A stretch of 32,000 nt of DNA from Phycisphaera mikurensis NBRC 102666 (GTDB lineage Bacteria > Planctomycetota > Phycisphaerae > Phycisphaerales > Phycisphaeraceae), in the NCBI RefSeq assembly GCF_000284115.1, contig NC_017080.1, positions 3,510,001 through 3,542,000 on the forward strand, read 5' to 3'. Within the stretch, counting starts at the first letter, position 1; every line of letters starts with the position of its first letter. The notes beneath the pieces were generated by a model. It had not been told where the DNA came from. It saw only the letters and a program-made list of their open reading frames with translations, and searched no databases. Shown here in pieces: positions 27,351-32,000 of the stretch. The position numbers and the translations under genes are program-made.

Positions 27351-27396
27351 CCGCGGACGGCGGACCCGGAAGCGGCCCGGGGGCCGCGGTCCGCGG
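27351..27396. repeat. IR28 element copy 8, intergenic tRNA-Asn/GH30
   Basis: CCGCGGACg gcggacccggaagcggcccgggggccgc GGTCCGCGG; left arm has one mismatch; right arm extends to CCGCGGTCCGCGG. Confidence 0.9.
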
Positions 27397-27399
27397 CGC

Positions 27400-29094
27400 T
27401 CAGGCTCGGCGTCGACGGCGGAGGAGCAGAGCCCCGCCGGCAAAGACGGCGACGCCGGTGCCCGGCTCGGGCACGGCGTTCAGGCTGCCCAGCGTCGTCA
27501 CCACGCTCCAGATGCTCTCGCCCTGCAGGTTCAGCCAGCCGCCCGCGTCGGCGTGCCCGGCCTGGTGGTACGCGCCGTCGGCCGACCAGGAAGCCTCCAG
27601 CAGCTCGCCGCCCGCGGCGAGGGAGGCGAGGCGGACCGCCTGCGTCACCTTCGTCACGTTCAGCAGCACGTACGTGAGCGTGCCGGCCGCCTCGTCGAGG
27701 TACGCCGAGATCTTCACGGCCGAGGTGTCCACCTGCCCGTCCTCGAGCACGTCGGCCGCCACGCGACGCATGCCGGGGCGGACGTGCTTCGCGAAGTGCT
27801 TGAAGGCGGCGTACTTGGGCTGGTTCTCGTCGAGACCCGACGTCAGCGTGAAGTTGTTGAGGCGTCCGGCCCAGTCCTCGTGCTGCCAGTAGAGGTAGCC
27901 CACCGCGTCCACGCCGACCATCGCCTCGTGCACCTCCAACGCGAGGCCCATCGCCCCGTTGTAGGTGTCGCCGGGATCCGTCCAGCGGTGCCGGTGGCCC
28001 GAGTGCTCGGTGACCCAGAACTCCACGCCCTCGCCGACGCCCTCGTAGTTGACGTAGCCGTCGTCGCGCACCCGGCCGTTGCGGAAGGTCTTCCAGCTCT
28101 CGATGCGGTCGTCGGAATCGGCGAAGCGGCCGCCGCCGTTGTAGCCGTGCATGCCGTACACGTCCACGGCGGTCTCGGGGTCGCCGTCGTGGCGGACCTC
28201 CTTGATGTAGCTGAAGCTGACGTTCGCGAGGTTCGAGCCCTTGCCGCCGAGCCCCAGGTCGTCGGGGCCGAGCACGCGGGTGAGGATCGGGTCGTCGGGG
28301 TTCGCCGCGTTGTGCTCGGCGAAGGCGGCGTTGACCGCGCCCACGGCCTCGGCGAAGAGCTCGGGCGTGTAGACGCTGCTGTCGTACCAGGTGCTGAAAC
28401 GCGGCTCGTTCTGCACGGAGAGCACGTCGAAGGGCCGGTCCCAGGCTTTCTCGAAGCCCTTCGCGTACGCCGCCACGTAGCGGCCGAACTGCTGCAGGTT
28501 GTCGGGCGTGTCGACCAGCGAACCCGCCGCCGAGGCGTTCCAGAAGGTGTCCCGCGGCAGCTGGCCGGCGAAGTCCTTGTAGCCCAGGTCCACCTCGGGG
28601 CCCTTCATCCAGACCGGCGGGCTCCAGATCGCGCCCATCAGCGTCATGGGGTCGCCACGCCGCGCGGCCTTCCGCACGAAGTGGCCGACGTTGCCCACCC
28701 CCTTCACCGTGAAGTCGAAGGCCTCGATGTTCGCGTAGGTGTCGCTCCCGAGGCGGATCGGCTCGCGCAGGTCCGCGTGCTGCGGCCAGTACTTCCCGCC
28801 CTTGCTCAGGACGGTCCGCGAGACCCCCGTCCTCACCACCGACGCGCCGAGGTCGCCGACGTAGTGGTCGTAGAAGTCCTCGTTGTGCATCACCGACTCG
28901 CCGCGGTCACGCCCCTCGATTCTGTTGGCGTCGTTGCCCCCGCCCATCGAGACGCCGAACCCGCGGATGGTCTGGGCCTGCCGGCGGAGGTCGATCCGCG
29001 TCTCGGCGGCGAGCGCGTCGGGCGCGGACGCGGCGACGATCAGGCCCCCGGCGAGCAGGCGTGGGCAACCAAGCAGCGTTCTGAGCAGCGTCAT
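27400..29094 (-). CDS. Secreted glycoside hydrolase (GH30-like) with PEP-CTERM sorting signal
   Basis: Signal peptide; 'QTIRGFGVSMGG', 'MGAIWSPPVWMKG', 'FDVLSVQNEPRFSTWYDSSVYTPELFAE', 'FWVTEHSGH'; C-terminus 'AVPEPGTGVAVFAGGALLLRRRRRA'. Confidence 0.88.
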   Translation of the reverse strand: MTLLRTLLGCPRLLAGGLIVAASAPDALAAETRIDLRRQAQTIRGFGVSMGGGNDANRIEGRDRGESVMHNEDFYDHYVGDLGASVVRTGVSRTVLSKGGKYWPQHADLREPIRLGSDTYANIEAFDFTVKGVGNVGHFVRKAARRGDPMTLMGAIWSPPVWMKGPEVDLGYKDFAGQLPRDTFWNASAAGSLVDTPDNLQQFGRYVAAYAKGFEKAWDRPFDVLSVQNEPRFSTWYDSSVYTPELFAEAVGAVNAAFAEHNAANPDDPILTRVLGPDDLGLGGKGSNLANVSFSYIKEVRHDGDPETAVDVYGMHGYNGGGRFADSDDRIESWKTFRNGRVRDDGYVNYEGVGEGVEFWVTEHSGHRHRWTDPGDTYNGAMGLALEVHEAMVGVDAVGYLYWQHEDWAGRLNNFTLTSGLDENQPKYAAFKHFAKHVRPGMRRVAADVLEDGQVDTSAVKISAYLDEAAGTLTYVLLNVTKVTQAVRLASLAAGGELLEASWSADGAYHQAGHADAGGWLNLQGESIWSVVTTLGSLNAVPEPGTGVAVFAGGALLLRRRRRA

Positions 29095-29249
29095 GTCGTT
29101 CGTCCCGTGCGTTCCGCCGGCTCGGAGCCGCGGAGAAAAGGTGGCGGCTCCGCCGCGGTGGTGTACGGGCTCAGCCTAAGCCGGGCCGGGCCCCGCGTAT
29201 ACCCCCTTCTCGGTGCGGCGTGGGCGGCGGCGCATACGCTCCGGCCGCC

Positions 29250-30641
29250 ATGGAAGGCGACCGCCGACACCTCAACAAGCTGCTGTCCAAGGCCCACTGC
29301 CTGCCGACCACCCCGGGCGTCTACCTGATGAAGGACGACAAGGGCGTCGTCATCTACGTCGGGAAGGCGTTGTCGCTGAAGTCGCGTGTGAGCAGCTACT
29401 TCCAGCTGGCCGCCGACCTGGGCCCCAAGAAGCAGCAGATGCTCGGGGTCGTGGACGACTTCGAGGTGCTCCACTGCGAGAGCGAGTGGGAAGCCCTGCT
29501 CACCGAGAACCGGCTGATCAAGGACATCCACCCGCGCTTCAACGCGCGGCTGACCGACGACAAGACCTTCCCGTACCTCGCGGTCACGATGAAGGACGAC
29601 TTCCCCGGCGTCTTCATCACCCGCGAACCCGGCAACGAGCGATTCCGCGGCGCGAGAATCCTCGGGCCCTTCACCAGCAGCTACGCGCTGCGGGAGAGCG
29701 TCCAGATCCTGCAGAAGGTGTTCAGGTTCCGCACCTGCTCGCTGGACATCCGCGAGGAGGACCCCAAGCGGGCCCACTTCCGGCCGTGCCTGCTGTACCC
29801 GATCAAGCAGTGCACGGCACCGTGCGGGGCGAAGGTCTCCAAAGAGGCCTACCGGCGCGACGTCGATCGCTTCGTCCGCTTCCTCACCGGCAAGCGGTCG
29901 GCGATGATGCGCGAGCTCAAGCAGGACATGGAGACGGCGTCGCTCGCGCTGGACTTCGAGGAGGCCGCCGCGCTGCGCGACCAGATCAAGGCGCTCGAGA
30001 AGCTCGACCACCGTGGCGACAAGAAGGACAACTGGCAGCCCGAGGCCGAGAGCCTCATGCAGGACCCGACCCGGGCGATGGGATCGCTGCAGCGGGCGCT
30101 GGGGCTCGATGCCGCGACCGACGGCGCACTCCGCTGCATGGAGGCCTTCGACATCGCCCACCTGATGGGCGGCGAAACCGTCGCGAGCAAGGTCTGCTTC
30201 GTCGACGGCCGCCCGCTGAAGGACATGTACCGCCGGTACAAGATCACCACCGCCGCCAACGACGACTTCCAATCGATGCGCGAGGTGCTCACCCGCCGCT
30301 ACCGCGACGCCGGGAAGGGCGACGAGCTGTACCCCGACGTCATCCTGATCGACGGCGGCAAGGGCCAGCTGTCCGCGGCGATGGGCATCTTCCGCGAGCT
30401 GGAGGTGCAGCCCCCGCGGGTCATCTCGCTCGCGAAGAAAGAGGAGCTGATCTACGCCACGTGGCTGGACGAGCCGGTGAAGCTCGGCCGCAACAACCCG
30501 GGGCTGAAGCTGTGCATGGCGATCCGCGACGAGGCGCACCGCTTTGCGCAGCACTACCACCACATCCTGCGGCGGAAGAAGGTGCTGGGGATCGAGGGAA
30601 CCGTGGCGAAGGCCAAGAAGATCAAGACGAGAGCGAGCTGA
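29250..30641 (+). CDS. uvrC: Excinuclease ABC subunit C, shortened (no C-terminal HhH region visible)
   Basis: GIY-YIG N-terminus 'PTTPGVYLMKDDKGVVIYVGKALSLKSRVSSYF', UVR-like 'DMETASLALDFEEAAALRDQIKALEKL', 'VILIDGGKGQLSAAM', 'IRDEAHRFAQHYHH'. Ends about 25 aa later. Confidence 0.92.
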   Translation: MEGDRRHLNKLLSKAHCLPTTPGVYLMKDDKGVVIYVGKALSLKSRVSSYFQLAADLGPKKQQMLGVVDDFEVLHCESEWEALLTENRLIKDIHPRFNARLTDDKTFPYLAVTMKDDFPGVFITREPGNERFRGARILGPFTSSYALRESVQILQKVFRFRTCSLDIREEDPKRAHFRPCLLYPIKQCTAPCGAKVSKEAYRRDVDRFVRFLTGKRSAMMRELKQDMETASLALDFEEAAALRDQIKALEKLDHRGDKKDNWQPEAESLMQDPTRAMGSLQRALGLDAATDGALRCMEAFDIAHLMGGETVASKVCFVDGRPLKDMYRRYKITTAANDDFQSMREVLTRRYRDAGKGDELYPDVILIDGGKGQLSAAMGIFRELEVQPPRVISLAKKEELIYATWLDEPVKLGRNNPGLKLCMAIRDEAHRFAQHYHHILRRKKVLGIEGTVAKAKKIKTRAS

Positions 30642-30698
30642 GGGCGCCGGCGCCCGACCCCGCGACGGCCCGCCGCCGCGCGGGCCTAGCTTCGCGCC

Positions 30699-31703
30699 AT
30701 GGACGTCGCCATCTTCAGCACCCGGCGCTGGGACCGGGAAGCCCTCACCGCGGCCGCCGCGCGTCCCGAAAACGCGGAGCTGTCGCTCCGCTTCCTCGAG
30801 GCCGGCCTCTCCCCCGGCACCGCCTCGCTGGCCCGGGGCTGCGGCGCCGCGTGCGTCTTCGTGAACGACGACGCGGGGGCCGCGACGCTCGAGGAGCTCG
30901 CCGGACTCGGCGTCGGCGCCGTGGTCACCCGCAGCGCGGGCTTCAACCACGTCGACCTCGACGCCGCCGGCCGCTTGGGCATCGACGTGCTCCGGGTGCC
31001 GGCGTACGGGCCCGATGGCGTGGCCGAGCACGCGCTCGCCCTGCTGATGACGCTCAACCGCCGCACGCACCGCGCCTTCAACCGCGTGCGCGAGGGCAAC
31101 TTCGCCCTCGACGGGCTCATGGGCTTCGAGCTCCGCGGGAAGACCGTCGGCGTCGTGGGGACGGGGAAGATCGGCGCCGCCGCCTGCCGCATCTTCCTGG
31201 GCTTGGGCTGCGAGGTCCTCGCCTTCGACACCGCGCCCGCGGAGGACCTGCAAAACGCCGGCGTCGCGTTCGTCCCGCTCGACGAGCTCTGGCCGCGCTG
31301 CGACGTCGTGACGCTTCACTGCCCGCTCACGCCCGAAACCCACCACCTCGTAAGCGACCGGGTGCTCGCCGCCCTGCCGGACCACGCGATCGTGCTCAAC
31401 ACGTCGCGCGGCGGGCTCGTCGACACCGCCGCCGCGCTCGCCGCGCTGCGGGCACGCGCGATCGGCGGCCTCGGCATCGACGTGTACGAGGAGGAGGCCG
31501 GGCTCTTCTTCGAGGACCGCACCCAGCAGGGTCTGACCGACGAGCTGCTCGCGCAGCTGGTGGCGCTGCCCAACGTGCTGGTGACAGGGCACCAGGCTTT
31601 CTTCACGCGCGAGGCCGTCGGGCGGATCGCCGGCACGACGATGCAGAACCTCCGGTCGGTGGAGGAGGGCTCGGCCGGCGCGTGCCCCAACCGCGTCGGC
31701 TGA
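30699..31703 (+). CDS. NAD-dependent D-2-hydroxyacid dehydrogenase (D-LDH-like)
   Basis: 'AVVTRSAGFNHVDLDAAGRLGIDVLRVPAYGPDGVAEHALALLM', 'GKTVGVVGTGKIGAAACRIF', 'LNTSRGGLVDTAA', 'NVLVTGHQAFFTREAV'. Confidence 0.94.
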   Translation: MDVAIFSTRRWDREALTAAAARPENAELSLRFLEAGLSPGTASLARGCGAACVFVNDDAGAATLEELAGLGVGAVVTRSAGFNHVDLDAAGRLGIDVLRVPAYGPDGVAEHALALLMTLNRRTHRAFNRVREGNFALDGLMGFELRGKTVGVVGTGKIGAAACRIFLGLGCEVLAFDTAPAEDLQNAGVAFVPLDELWPRCDVVTLHCPLTPETHHLVSDRVLAALPDHAIVLNTSRGGLVDTAAALAALRARAIGGLGIDVYEEEAGLFFEDRTQQGLTDELLAQLVALPNVLVTGHQAFFTREAVGRIAGTTMQNLRSVEEGSAGACPNRVG

Positions 31704-31748
31704 TCCGCTCCGCGCCCTCACGCACGCGCCGGCCGCGCGGCCGAAGCC

Positions 31749-32000
31749 TCAGCCGCCCCGCTCCGCCAGCAGCTGCGTGTCGTCTTCGTAGCAGTAGACC
31801 CAGCCCGCGCCGGGCTCCCCCGCGTCCACCGGCTCCACGATCGGGTGCTCGGCGGCCCGGGCGTGCGCCCGCGCGTGCCGGTTCGGGGACGCGTCGCAGC
31901 AGCCGACCGCCCCGCACGCGGCGCAGCGGCGGAGGTGGACCCACGGCTCACCGGCCGCCACGCAGGCCGGGCACACGAGCCCGGCCCGCGCGGCTCCGGG
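31749..32000 (-). CDS. UBP-type zinc finger protein (5' end probably beyond the window)
   Basis: 'CPACVAAGEPWVHLRRCAACGAVGCCDASPNRHARAHARAAEHPIVEPVDAGEPGAGWVYCYEDD'. Frame stays open to the window edge. Confidence 0.85.
   Translation of the reverse strand, partial: PGAARAGLVCPACVAAGEPWVHLRRCAACGAVGCCDASPNRHARAHARAAEHPIVEPVDAGEPGAGWVYCYEDDTQLLAERGG

Noticed and set aside
1544-27396. IR28 copies as rho-independent terminators or a classical MITE
   Set aside because: No T-tract, two copies lie inside coding sequence, the 26-28 nt interior is not conserved as in a MITE, and I see no consistent target-site duplication.

Overview
High-GC (my visual estimate is above 70%) chromosomal window. The PEP-CTERM-tagged secreted glycosidase, the gene content and the dispersed organisation suggest a Planctomycetes/Phycisphaerae-like bacterium; this is an inference. 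Most of the window is ordinary housekeeping: RNase Z-like MBL protein, RsmJ-like methyltransferase, rhodanese lipoprotein, MoxR-type ATPase, GH-like protein plus GT9, ThiC with an upstream TPP riboswitch, Uma2, two aldo/keto reductases, EVE protein, PyrE, SDR, ProS, amidase-like protein, Ser/Thr kinase, HDAC-like protein, SufE, MraY/WecA-like transferase, NeuB-like synthase, AraA/AraD, tRNA-Asn, GH30-like PEP-CTERM glycosidase, a short UvrC, and a 2-hydroxyacid dehydrogenase. I found no classical defence island, prophage, transposase or CRISPR. Two signals are not explained by the genes. (1) A dispersed 46-bp element, CCGCGGACC-N28-GGTCCGCGG, occurs eight times (starts 1544, 7994, 12385, 15391, 17472, 20930, 24004, 27351). 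The spacer is exactly 28 nt each time while its sequence is not conserved. Two copies lie inside coding genes. Six copies have both 9-nt arms perfect and two have one substitution. (2) A REP/REPIN-like hairpin doublet at 24368-24499 shows a compensatory base-pair change and is expanded as a 112-bp tandem array between convergent genes.
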